DNA from: Bdellovibrionales bacterium
GTDB taxonomy: Bacteria; Bdellovibrionota; Bdellovibrionia; Bdellovibrionales; DASUEL01
Direction: 5' to 3'
Length of the DNA stretch: 64,000 nucleotides
Assembly (NCBI GenBank): GCA_050250255.1
Contig: JBFWOZ010000009.1
Coordinates: 1-64,000, forward strand
A program made the position numbers and the translations under genes. Shown here in pieces: positions 10,406-19,708 of this stretch. The notes under the pieces were generated by a model. That model worked only from the letters and a program-made list of their open reading frames with translations. It was not told where the DNA came from and did not search any database. Within the stretch, counting starts at the first letter, position 1. Each line of letters begins with the position of its first letter.

Positions 10406-11133
10406 GCGGACAGAAGCTGTACGAAGGCAAAGCTAAAATTTTGTACGCCGTTCCCGGCAACAGTCAGCTTGTTGTACACGACTTCAAAAATTCTCTGACC
10501 GCCTTTAACGGAGAGAAAAAAGGTCAGTTCGAAAACAAGGGGAAATTAAATCGGGATATCACCTCTCTCATTTTTCGCTACCTGAATTCACGCGGGGTGA
10601 GTTCCCATTGGGTAGAGGACCAGGGGGAAACAGGAATGGTCACAAAAAAACTTGAGATTATTCCGTTAGAGGTGGTTATTCGTAATGTTGCTGCTGGCAG
10701 TCTTGCGAAACGCTTAGGATGGCCAGAAGGTAAAGAACTCCCTCAACCTATCGTAGAGTTTTATTATAAAAGTGATCTGCTTGGTGATCCGCTCGTGAAC
10801 GAAGATCATATTCAAATTCTCAATTGCTGTAAGCCTGAAGAGCTCATTTATCTTCGTAAAATGGCTCAACTAATTAATGCAGAGCTCACAAAACTTTTTC
10901 AACAAGTAGAGTTTCGATTAATTGATTTTAAATTGGAATTTGGGCGAGATTCTTCGGGACAGATTCTTTTGGCGGATGAAGTCACTCCAGATACATGTCG
11001 TCTTTGGGATCTTAAAACAAATGAAAAGTTTGATAAAGATCGTTTTCGTCGCGATTTAGGTAACATTGAAGATGCATATAAAGAGGTTTATTGGAGGCTC
11101 ACACAGCTCAGTGAATCTCAAACAAGGAGCTAG
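10402..11133 (+). CDS. purC: SAICAR synthase
   Basis: LYEGKAK, PLEVVIRN..AGS, DFKLEFG, LADEVTPDTCRLWD, DKDRFR. Confidence 0.97.
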   Translation: MSGQKLYEGKAKILYAVPGNSQLVVHDFKNSLTAFNGEKKGQFENKGKLNRDITSLIFRYLNSRGVSSHWVEDQGETGMVTKKLEIIPLEVVIRNVAAGSLAKRLGWPEGKELPQPIVEFYYKSDLLGDPLVNEDHIQILNCCKPEELIYLRKMAQLINAELTKLFQQVEFRLIDFKLEFGRDSSGQILLADEVTPDTCRLWDLKTNEKFDKDRFRRDLGNIEDAYKEVYWRLTQLSESQTRS

Positions 11134-11135
11134 TC

Positions 11136-11381
11136 ATGAAAGTAGGCGTTCGCGTTCTCCTGAGACCCGAGGTTTTAGATATTCAGGGCCGTGCTGTTGC
11201 GGAGACACTTTCTCGCAGTGGATTGCTGCTGAAAGATTGTCGCGTTGGTCGATATATCATCGTAGATATTGATAAAAAAAATAAAACGGAAGCTTTTGAA
11301 GTCGCAAAAAAAATGGCGGAAACAGTTCTGGCGAATCCTTTGATTGAAACTTTTGAACTAGAGGAAGTGGAAGCAGAATGA
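11136..11381 (+). CDS. purS: FGAM synthase subunit PurS
   Basis: VLDIQG, RVGRYI, LANPLIE; lies between purC and purQ. Confidence 0.93.
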   Translation: MKVGVRVLLRPEVLDIQGRAVAETLSRSGLLLKDCRVGRYIIVDIDKKNKTEAFEVAKKMAETVLANPLIETFELEEVEAE

Positions 11382-12022
11382 CTACCAAAAAAGTAGGAGT
11401 TTTCAGATTTCCAGGAACTAATTGCGATCGTGATGTTTTCAAAGCCGTTGAGAATGTGGGAAAAACCCCCGTGTGGCTATGGCATAACGATCGATTTAAT
11501 CCTAAAGACTTTGATGCTTTTATGATTCCAGGTGGTTTTAGTTACGGAGATTATTTACGAGCGGGAGCTCTCGCCGCGAGAAGCCCTGCGATGTTAGATC
11601 TCAAAAAAGCGGCTGACTCTGGAAAACCTGTTTTAGGAATTTGTAATGGATTTCAAATTCTCTGTGAACTCACTCTTTTGCCAGGTGCCTTATTGAAGAA
11701 CGAAAACCAACGATTTATTGATCGCTGGGTCACTCTTATTTCGCGTAATCGCTCTCCTTATTTTGCCCAGAACTCTGCTCCAAAAGTAAAATTGCCAATT
11801 GCTCACGGACAAGGTCGTTTTTATTGCGATTCAGAAACACTTAAAAAACTTTACGATGAAGATCAAATTTGGTGGACCTACGAAGAGAATCCTAATGGAT
11901 CTCTTGAGAATATTGCCGGAGTTTTAAACCAACAAAAAAATGTTGCGGCACTCATGCCTCATCCTGAACGGGCTATGACAGATTGGATGGGTAGTGAAGA
12001 AGGGCAGGGATTTTTTCTATGA
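11378..12022 (+). CDS. purQ: FGAM synthase glutaminase subunit
   Basis: FPGTNCD, PGGFSYGDYLR, GICNGFQ, MPHPER. Confidence 0.96.
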   Translation: MTTKKVGVFRFPGTNCDRDVFKAVENVGKTPVWLWHNDRFNPKDFDAFMIPGGFSYGDYLRAGALAARSPAMLDLKKAADSGKPVLGICNGFQILCELTLLPGALLKNENQRFIDRWVTLISRNRSPYFAQNSAPKVKLPIAHGQGRFYCDSETLKKLYDEDQIWWTYEENPNGSLENIAGVLNQQKNVAALMPHPERAMTDWMGSEEGQGFFL

Positions 12023-14205
12023 CTTCTGAACAACTCCATCATCAATTAAAAACTTATAAACTAACTTCGGACGAATACGAGCGAATTTGCGAACTCCTTG
12101 GCAGGCCTCCCAAAGGAATTGAATGGGCACTTTTTAGTGCGCTCTGGAGCGAGCATTGTAGTTACAAAAGTTCTAAAATTTACCTTAAAAAATTATTTTC
12201 AAAATCTTCACGGGTTATGCAAAGTTTTGGAGAGAATGCCGGCGTTGTAGATTTAGGTCTTGGCGAAAAGGTCGCATTCAAAATTGAAAGTCATAATCAC
12301 CCAAGTTTTATTGAACCCTATCAAGGCGCTGCGACAGGCGTTGGCGGAATCATTCGCGATATTCTAACGATGGGTGCAAGGCCCATTGCACTTGCGAATT
12401 ACCTTTGTTTTGGTGAAGCTTCCAAAATGTCTCACTACGTAGACGGAGTTGTACGCGGAATTGCGGGATACGGAAATTGCGTGGGTGTTCCGATGGTGAC
12501 AGGACAAACGGAGTTTCATTCAAGTTACAATAAAAACATTCTCGTAAATGCCATGTGTGTTGGTTATTTTGGCCCAAATGATCCTATCGTTTCGGCACAA
12601 GCTAAGGGTCCTGGGAATTGGGTGGTCTATGTAGGAGCTAAAACCGGAAAAGATGGTGTGCACGGTGCACGTATGGCGAGTGAATCATTTAGTAAAAAAG
12701 ATCAGGACAAGCGGCCTAATATTCAAATTGGCGATCCGTTCTTTGAAAAACTGCTGATTGAGTCTTGTTTAGAAGTAATTGGCCAAGACCTTGTTGTGTG
12801 TATTCAGGACATGGGGGCCGCCGGTCTTATCAGCTCCAGCTTTGAAATGGCTTCTAAAGGTGACGTTGGGTTCACCATGCATTTAGATTTAGTTCCGCTG
12901 CGGAATTCTGATCTTACGCCAGAAGAAATTTTAGTTTCAGAAAGCCAAGAACGAATGCTTCTTGTTTGTGAGCCTTCAAAATTTGAAAAAATTCGCGAAA
13001 TTTTTTCTCGCTGGAACTTAGATGCAGTAAAAATCGGGGACGTCACCAAAGAACGTGAGATGAAGATTTATTGGAAAAGCGAACTCCTCACGAAAATTGA
13101 TCCTCATGCACTTGTTGAAAATGCCCCTCAATTTCAAAGACCTTTTCATGATCCTGCTTCGAAGATCAAAGATGATTTTAAACCACAGATTTCAGCACGT
13201 AATTCATTGAAGACAGATGCCCTTATGGAAGTTTTGCAAAGTCCTCAAGGCACGTCACGACGCTGGGTTTGGGAACAATACGATCAACGTGTAGGCACCC
13301 AAACAGTGAGAGACTGCAGCTCTTCTGTAGGAGTCATCAGACTACCAAGCGGCCGAGGCCTAGGCATTGTTCTCGGAGGCCGTCCCCATATGATGAGATT
13401 AGAGAGTCGTTTGGGTGGTTTCGACTCTGTCTTTGAACCAAGCCTTCAACTAGCCTCGCTAGGTTTTGAACCTATTGCCGCAACAGATTGTTTAAACTAC
13501 GGAAGCCCCGAAGACCCGCAGATTATGGGTGAATTTGTTCATTCTTTAAATGGTTTAAATGATGCTTGTAAGTCATTGAATATTCCCATTATCAGCGGGA
13601 ACGTCAGTTTTTATAATCAGACGGAAGGTCAGAATATTACCTCCACGCCCTCTGTAGGAATTGTTGGCCTCAAAGATGATATTCACATCCCAAAACAAAA
13701 CTTTGCGACAGAAGGTGCCTCCGTTTATGTCGTAAGCCTTCCTCAGGTAAAAACGACAGGACTGTGGTCGGATCTTCGGCACCAAGTGGAGAGCGGCTCT
13801 GGTCGTTCATGGGAAGTGCAGCCTTGGATTTCATTTCTAAATGAAGTACGAGAACTTTCCCAATCTTCTGGCGTTGAAGCCACACATGTTGTTGGAAAAT
13901 TAGGTCTCGCCTATACCTTAGCCAAAATGGTGAATAAAGACTTGGGATTTGAAGCCACATCTAACACTCAAGATTGGGAAGAGGAAGTGCTCTATCAAGT
14001 GATCTTTGTACTTGAAAAGGGAATTGATGAGAACGCCTGGCTCAAACAAGTGACTCAGGCAAAAGCTGAAAAAATTGGTCATACGGTGAGAGAAAAATTT
14101 AAAATTCTCAGCGAGAAAGATGCCATTGTTATTGATACAGACTGTAAGAGTATTCAAAACGCATACGAAAGTGGTTGGGAGAAATATTTTGAAGAGTTGG
14201 CGTGA
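12019..14205 (+). CDS. purL: FGAM synthase subunit PurL (small type)
   Basis: WSEHCSYK, ESHNHPS, GAATGVGG, QDMGAAG, SESQERM, GNVSFYN. Confidence 0.96.
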   Translation: MTSEQLHHQLKTYKLTSDEYERICELLGRPPKGIEWALFSALWSEHCSYKSSKIYLKKLFSKSSRVMQSFGENAGVVDLGLGEKVAFKIESHNHPSFIEPYQGAATGVGGIIRDILTMGARPIALANYLCFGEASKMSHYVDGVVRGIAGYGNCVGVPMVTGQTEFHSSYNKNILVNAMCVGYFGPNDPIVSAQAKGPGNWVVYVGAKTGKDGVHGARMASESFSKKDQDKRPNIQIGDPFFEKLLIESCLEVIGQDLVVCIQDMGAAGLISSSFEMASKGDVGFTMHLDLVPLRNSDLTPEEILVSESQERMLLVCEPSKFEKIREIFSRWNLDAVKIGDVTKEREMKIYWKSELLTKIDPHALVENAPQFQRPFHDPASKIKDDFKPQISARNSLKTDALMEVLQSPQGTSRRWVWEQYDQRVGTQTVRDCSSSVGVIRLPSGRGLGIVLGGRPHMMRLESRLGGFDSVFEPSLQLASLGFEPIAATDCLNYGSPEDPQIMGEFVHSLNGLNDACKSLNIPIISGNVSFYNQTEGQNITSTPSVGIVGLKDDIHIPKQNFATEGASVYVVSLPQVKTTGLWSDLRHQVESGSGRSWEVQPWISFLNEVRELSQSSGVEATHVVGKLGLAYTLAKMVNKDLGFEATSNTQDWEEEVLYQVIFVLEKGIDENAWLKQVTQAKAEKIGHTVREKFKILSEKDAIVIDTDCKSIQNAYESGWEKYFEELA

Positions 14206-15571
14206 TGAATGTGGAGTTTTTGGTGTTTGGGGTGTTCCCGAAGCCAGTCGTCTGACTTATTTAGGGCTCTACGCGCTTCAGCACCGAGGTCAAGAGTCCG
14301 CAGGTATTACCACGCTTCATGACGGACACCACCTTTTTCATAAAGGACTCGGGCACGTTGCTGACGTTTTTACCGAATCTGAATTAGACCAACTCCATGG
14401 CTCGGTCGCGATCGGACATAACCGCTATTCCACTCACGGCGGCAATCTTTTAGCTAATGCACAGCCACTTTCCGCAGAGTTAAAAAACGGTCCAGTTTCC
14501 ATTGCCCACAATGGCAATATTGTAAATGCGGCTCAGCTTCGTCATGAGTTGATTCAAGAAGGCGCTATATTTCAAGGTAGTAACGATACTGAATGCTTTC
14601 TTCACATGCTCGCGAAGTCCTCTGAAGACGATATCATCAAAGGAATTCAAAAAATTTATAATCGTGTTGTTGGGGCTTTTAGCCTTTTAGTTCTCACGCA
14701 AGATCGATTGATTGCGATGAGAGATCCGCAAGGCTTTCGCCCGCTTGTTTTAGGAAAATTAGGGGACGGCTACGTTCTTTCTTCTGAAACATGTGCCTTT
14801 GATTTAATTGGAGCCACTCTTATTCGTGAAATTGAGCCCGGAGAAATATTCTGGATTGATAAATCGGGGCAACGCTCCATAAAAGCCGAAGCGTCACCCG
14901 CAAAAATCAGCCCATGTATTTTTGAATACGTTTATTTTGCACGCCCTGACAGCATTGTTTTTGGACAAAGTGTTTATGAAGTAAGAAAAAAATGTGGACA
15001 AATTCTTGCTCAAGAGGCTGGCATAGATGCGGATATTGTCATTCCTGTGCCAGACAGTGGTGTTCCGGCTGCTATTGGGTACTCTAATGAAAGCGGCATT
15101 CCTTTTGATTTAGGAATTATTCGAAATCATTACGTTGGTCGCACTTTCATTGAACCTAAAAATGCGATTCGCCATTTTGGCGTTAAAGTAAAACTCAATC
15201 CCCAGACGGCTCTTTTAAAAAATAAAAGAGTAGTGGTGATTGATGACTCTCTTGTTCGGGGAACTACAAGTAAAAAAATCGTAGGCCTTATTCGACAGGC
15301 GGGAGCAAAAGAAGTGCACTTACGAATCGCCGCACCTCCAACAGTGGCTCCTTGCTACTATGGGGTTGATACACCAACGCGAGATGAATTGATTGCGTCT
15401 AAACGAAGTGTCGAAGCGATCGAAAAGTTCGTTGAAGCAGATACATTACGATACCTTTCACTTGAAGGCCTAAAAATAGCCTCCCGTGGAAGTCAGACAA
15501 AAAAAACATTCTGCAGCGCTTGTTTCGATAATCAGTATCCCACTCAACTTTTTGATGCACATAAAGGCTAA
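14189..15571 (+). CDS. purF: Amidophosphoribosyltransferase
   Basis: ECGVFG, LQHRGQE, GHNRYST, HNGN, VPDSG, DDSLVRGTT; TTG 14189 after GGGAG. Confidence 0.96.
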   Translation: MKSWRDECGVFGVWGVPEASRLTYLGLYALQHRGQESAGITTLHDGHHLFHKGLGHVADVFTESELDQLHGSVAIGHNRYSTHGGNLLANAQPLSAELKNGPVSIAHNGNIVNAAQLRHELIQEGAIFQGSNDTECFLHMLAKSSEDDIIKGIQKIYNRVVGAFSLLVLTQDRLIAMRDPQGFRPLVLGKLGDGYVLSSETCAFDLIGATLIREIEPGEIFWIDKSGQRSIKAEASPAKISPCIFEYVYFARPDSIVFGQSVYEVRKKCGQILAQEAGIDADIVIPVPDSGVPAAIGYSNESGIPFDLGIIRNHYVGRTFIEPKNAIRHFGVKVKLNPQTALLKNKRVVVIDDSLVRGTTSKKIVGLIRQAGAKEVHLRIAAPPTVAPCYYGVDTPTRDELIASKRSVEAIEKFVEADTLRYLSLEGLKIASRGSQTKKTFCSACFDNQYPTQLFDAHKG

Positions 15572-15575
15572 TTCC

Positions 15576-16511
15576 ATGGCAAAAAGCAATTCAAAATCTA
15601 AAGCCTGGTCCGCTCTCGTTCCTGGAGACATTGTTGACCTTGTGGCGCCGGCATCTTCTTGCAGCCAAGAAGAACTTGAGAGTGCTATGGAGTCGGTGAA
15701 ACAACTAGGTCTTATTCCACGTCTTCCTGAATCTATTTTTGATGATGACGAACCACTTTTTTCCACATCTGACAAAAAACGTTTTGAATACTTAAAACGA
15801 GCTCTTCTTGCGAGGGATTCAAAGGCGATTTGGTGTTTGCGGGGCGGTTACGGCAGTTTAAGAATTTTACCTGCTTTAAGTAAGCTCGCAAAACCTAAAA
15901 CTCAAAAACTTTTCATTGGCTTAAGCGACATCACGTCTTTACATATTTTTTTAAATCAAAAATGGAGATGGAAAACCATCCATGGTCCTATGCTTGGAAC
16001 TTTCAGCCAACGAATAAATACGGAACAGCATGAAATTGCCGATGTTGTTTTTGGCCGAATCGATGAAATTTCGTTTCTTCACCTTGAACCTCTCAATGCT
16101 GCAGCAAAAAAGAAAAAGAAAATCACCGGTGTTGTTCGTGGGGGTAATCTTCTCACCGTTCAAGGCGCACAAGGAACTCCGTGGAATCTTAATGCTAAGA
16201 ACTCCATTCTCTTTTTTGAAGAGGTAAATGAGCGGGGGTACCGCAATGACCGCATGTTTTCTTCTTTGATACAAAGTGGTCTGTTTAAGAACGCAAAAGC
16301 AGTTGTTTTAGGGGATTTTATTGGTGGCAATGAGCCTGACGGTCAAAATTATGTAAATCACGTCATTCAAGACTTCGCTTCGCAGTTAAAAATTCCAGTT
16401 CTCAGAGGTATTCGTTCGGGCCATGGGGATCTACGTCGGCCTGTTCCTTTTAATACAAATTCGGTATTGAAAACTGGTCTAGATGCGTCCTTAATCTGTG
16501 CTGTAAGATAA
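15576..16511 (+). CDS. ldcA: LD-carboxypeptidase (peptidase S66)
   Basis: APASS, RGGYG, GLSDIT, HGPM, GGNL, EEVNE, GHG; start moved to ATG 15576. Confidence 0.9.
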   Translation: MAKSNSKSKAWSALVPGDIVDLVAPASSCSQEELESAMESVKQLGLIPRLPESIFDDDEPLFSTSDKKRFEYLKRALLARDSKAIWCLRGGYGSLRILPALSKLAKPKTQKLFIGLSDITSLHIFLNQKWRWKTIHGPMLGTFSQRINTEQHEIADVVFGRIDEISFLHLEPLNAAAKKKKKITGVVRGGNLLTVQGAQGTPWNLNAKNSILFFEEVNERGYRNDRMFSSLIQSGLFKNAKAVVLGDFIGGNEPDGQNYVNHVIQDFASQLKIPVLRGIRSGHGDLRRPVPFNTNSVLKTGLDASLICAVR

Positions 16512-16515
16512 CAAA

Positions 16516-17562
16516 ATGCCTAACCTGCACGCACTTCATAAACAACTCCAGTCGCAAATTCAAGGCGTCACACCAGGGTTAGTCCTAAGAGCCTATAAAA
16601 AAGGGAAGTGTGTTGCGGACCTTCAAGTCGGTGAAGTGTTTCCTTATTATGACCTCGCTTCACTCACAAAAGTTGTTTTTACGATGTCTATTTTCATGCG
16701 GGCATTGACTCAAAAAAGAATAGATCTTCAACAGTTGCAAGAACCAGTTCAAAAAGTACTTCCTTGGTTTCAATTTCGTAACATAATAGTTCAAAATCTA
16801 CTAACACACACTTCCGGTTTAAATGCGTGGCTACCCTTCTACAAAAAAACTCCGCTTAAAAAAACAAGAACAGAACGATGGGAAAACCTTAAAATTCTCA
16901 TCAACGCTTCCAGCTACGAAAAAACTTCTCAGGCTGTATATTCCGACGTAGGTATACTTACTCTTGGTCACTGGCTGGAACGTGTTCTTCAAAAGCCACT
17001 TTTAGATTTATGGAGTGATTGGGCTACCGAAATGGGATTTCAAAACCTCCATTTTCACGAAAACAACGTTCCTATTTATAAAAAAACTCTCTATGCACCC
17101 ACAGAAGACTGCTCTTGGAGAAAAAAAATCCTTCAAGGAGAGGTTCATGACGACAACACCTGGGCTCTCGGTGGAGTTGCATCCCATGCGGGTCTCTTTG
17201 GTGGGCTTGATGATTTAGAAATATGGGCCCAACACCTACGAAAAAGTTTTTATGGGCAAGGCAAAACTCTCATTGATTCTAAAGTTACACGCCTATTTTG
17301 TTCCAGAGCTATTTCAAAAGAGGAAGGGGACTGGGGTTTAGGATTTATGATGCCGACGTCAGGCTCCGCTTCTTGCGGTCAGTATTTCCATGAGACTTCT
17401 TTTGGGCATACTGGTTTTACAGGGACTTCATTCTGGTTTGATCCTAAGGCAGATTTTATGGTGATTCTTTTAAGTAACCGAGTACATCCGACTCGAGCCA
17501 ATCGTAAATTTATTGAACTACGTCCTCAAATTCACAATCAGCTCTACGAACATCTTATCTAA
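16516..17562 (+). CDS. Serine hydrolase, beta-lactamase/AmpC-like family (possible muropeptide amidase)
   Basis: DLASLTK (SxxK), LLTHTSG, YSD, GEVHD.N, GHTGFTG. Confidence 0.85.
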   Translation: MPNLHALHKQLQSQIQGVTPGLVLRAYKKGKCVADLQVGEVFPYYDLASLTKVVFTMSIFMRALTQKRIDLQQLQEPVQKVLPWFQFRNIIVQNLLTHTSGLNAWLPFYKKTPLKKTRTERWENLKILINASSYEKTSQAVYSDVGILTLGHWLERVLQKPLLDLWSDWATEMGFQNLHFHENNVPIYKKTLYAPTEDCSWRKKILQGEVHDDNTWALGGVASHAGLFGGLDDLEIWAQHLRKSFYGQGKTLIDSKVTRLFCSRAISKEEGDWGLGFMMPTSGSASCGQYFHETSFGHTGFTGTSFWFDPKADFMVILLSNRVHPTRANRKFIELRPQIHNQLYEHLI

Positions 17563-17568
17563 AGTATT

Positions 17569-18039
17569 TTACAGAGCCTTCACGCATTCAATGTTGCCAG
17601 TATATTGCATTTCATTAGGACTACCGTCGTAAGAAATATAGATTTTGTAAGCTCGACGTACTGCATTTCTTTGTTCACGTACAGAGGCTAAAGAAACATA
17701 TCTTTCTTGATTAGCGCTGTAATAAGCGATGAATCCTTGCCAATCATCCTGGTTTCTCGGAGTAGAATCACGATCTTCTTGAGGATCTCTGTCACTTTTA
17801 CGGCTTGAACCAGAAAATACTTCTTGCTCATCTTGCACACGAATCGACACTGTGATTTCTGATCTCATTGCTGGCTCTCTGACATCTGCAATTGTAACAA
17901 GAACAGGTATATTATTAACTCGGCCAGAGCAGGAAAATTTTCGAAGGATTTCGCGGGCCATAACATTCGAATTATTTTGTGCTTGGGCAGTGGCAAATAA
18001 ACCAAGTGAACTGAGCAAAAGAACAAGAGCTAATTTCAT
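17569..18039 (-). CDS. Secreted hypothetical protein
   Basis: AAGGAG RBS, signal peptide MKLALVLLLSSLGLFATAQA, two Cys. Confidence 0.75.
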   Translation of the reverse strand: MKLALVLLLSSLGLFATAQAQNNSNVMAREILRKFSCSGRVNNIPVLVTIADVREPAMRSEITVSIRVQDEQEVFSGSSRKSDRDPQEDRDSTPRNQDDWQGFIAYYSANQERYVSLASVREQRNAVRRAYKIYISYDGSPNEMQYTGNIECVKAL

Positions 18040-18159
18040 TCAATACTCCTTAAAAAGAATGATGCCAAAATCAATGGGATGAATGCAAAAGTCAAATCCC
18101 TTAGGCCAGCCATGACACAATTACTTGATACAAAACTCACTTCCCTTTACGCTTAAAGA

Positions 18160-19569
18160 ATGGAAATGCCAAAAAAGGGAAGTCATATCTACATGATGGG
18201 AATTTGCGGAACCGCTATGGGCGGCCTGGCAGGCCTATTAAAGTCTTTAGGTTATAAAGTTACAGGGTCTGATCAAAACGTTTATCCCCCCATGTCGACT
18301 CAGCTAAAAGATATCGGAATTGAGATCGTAGAGGGCTACAAAAAGGAAAATCTGGCCTCCAAGCCCGATCTTGTCATTGTTGGTAACGTTATGACTCAAA
18401 AGAATGAAGAGGTGCAGGCACTCCTTGCTTCAGGGATTCCCTATACTCATCTACCCAATGCTATCGGCGAATTTATTATCGAAGGCCGCGACAGCATTGT
18501 GATTTCTGGAACCCATGGAAAAACTACGACAACGGCTATGGCCTCCTTCATTGCTGAGGGACAGGGGCTAAAACCCGGGTTTTTAATTGGTGGGAAGCCT
18601 ATCGATTTTCCTGTGTCTTTTCGTATTCCCCAAGGGAATACTTTTGTTATTGAAGGGGATGAATACGACACCGCTTTTTTTGCCAAAGTTCCCAAATTTT
18701 TATTCTACAAGCCGAGACACGCTATTCTCACCAGCGTAGAGTTTGATCATGCGGATATCTACAAAGATTTCGATGCCGTAAAAAAAGCATTTGATGGGCT
18801 CCTCGATATTTTACCTTCTCACGGAACACTGGTTGCGTGTGCCGATGATGATGGCGTTTTGCAAGTTTTAAAGCATGGAACAAAAGCTCGTGTTGTCACT
18901 TATGGAATGAAGAGAGGGGACTATCAGGCAAAAAGCATTGAGCTTTCGCCTCAATATGCCTCTTTTGATATTTATTTAAAAGGTGAAAAAATAGATCATT
19001 TACAAATTCAACTGTTTGGATCCCATAATATTAAAAATGCCCTAGCCGTCTATGCTTTAGGAAATGAATTAGAGTGGAATCTAGAAAAGTTAAAACATTC
19101 CTTCGCACAATTTCGCGGAGTCAAAAGACGACAAGAAATCATAGGGAAACCACGCGATATCACAGTCATTGAAGACTTCGCACATCATCCTACAGCCGTA
19201 AAAGTGACGGCTCAATCCATTCGGGATCGCTTTCCAGGACGACGTATCTACACGGTATTTGAGCCTCGATCCGCAACAAGCCGACGCAAAGTTTTTCAAA
19301 AAGATTATGTTGAAGCCTTTACGGGTGATTGGACGTGTTTGTTTGCTAAACCTTTCAATCAATCTAATATCCAAGAGGATGATCGATTTTCTTCTGAAGA
19401 TTTAGTGAACGATCTTAAGAAAAACAAGGTCAATACGGAACTCTTCAGTAATGTAAATGAGATTGTAGGCTATCTCAAAAAACATGCGCAATCTGGCGAT
19501 GTTATTCTTATCATGAGCAACGGTGGCTTCGATGGAATCTACCAGAAGCTCCTAACTTCTCTCGCTTAA
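18160..19569 (+). CDS. mpl: UDP-MurNAc:L-Ala-gamma-D-Glu-mDAP ligase
   Basis: GICGTAMGGLA, GSDQNVYPPMS, GTHGKTTT, EGDEYDTAFF, DFAHHPTA, EPRS, MSNGGF. Confidence 0.93.
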   Translation: MEMPKKGSHIYMMGICGTAMGGLAGLLKSLGYKVTGSDQNVYPPMSTQLKDIGIEIVEGYKKENLASKPDLVIVGNVMTQKNEEVQALLASGIPYTHLPNAIGEFIIEGRDSIVISGTHGKTTTTAMASFIAEGQGLKPGFLIGGKPIDFPVSFRIPQGNTFVIEGDEYDTAFFAKVPKFLFYKPRHAILTSVEFDHADIYKDFDAVKKAFDGLLDILPSHGTLVACADDDGVLQVLKHGTKARVVTYGMKRGDYQAKSIELSPQYASFDIYLKGEKIDHLQIQLFGSHNIKNALAVYALGNELEWNLEKLKHSFAQFRGVKRRQEIIGKPRDITVIEDFAHHPTAVKVTAQSIRDRFPGRRIYTVFEPRSATSRRKVFQKDYVEAFTGDWTCLFAKPFNQSNIQEDDRFSSEDLVNDLKKNKVNTELFSNVNEIVGYLKKHAQSGDVILIMSNGGFDGIYQKLLTSLA

Positions 19570-19708
19570 GCGGAGCTGTTCATTAAATAAAGGTGATTAA
19601 CTTTTAGACACGTCTGGGATCTTCTTCAGAGTGTCTTGCCTGCATTGCATAAACCTCTCTGATCATCTAAATTTCTCTCGTATATCGATTTTTTTAAAGG
19701 AGCTTGCT

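Noticed and set aside
14120..14188. Extended N-termini in the ORF track (purF, and similarly purN, ldcA, acnA, 19631, 46455, 55377)
   Set aside because: Downstream starts have better RBS, signal-peptide or family-start agreement.
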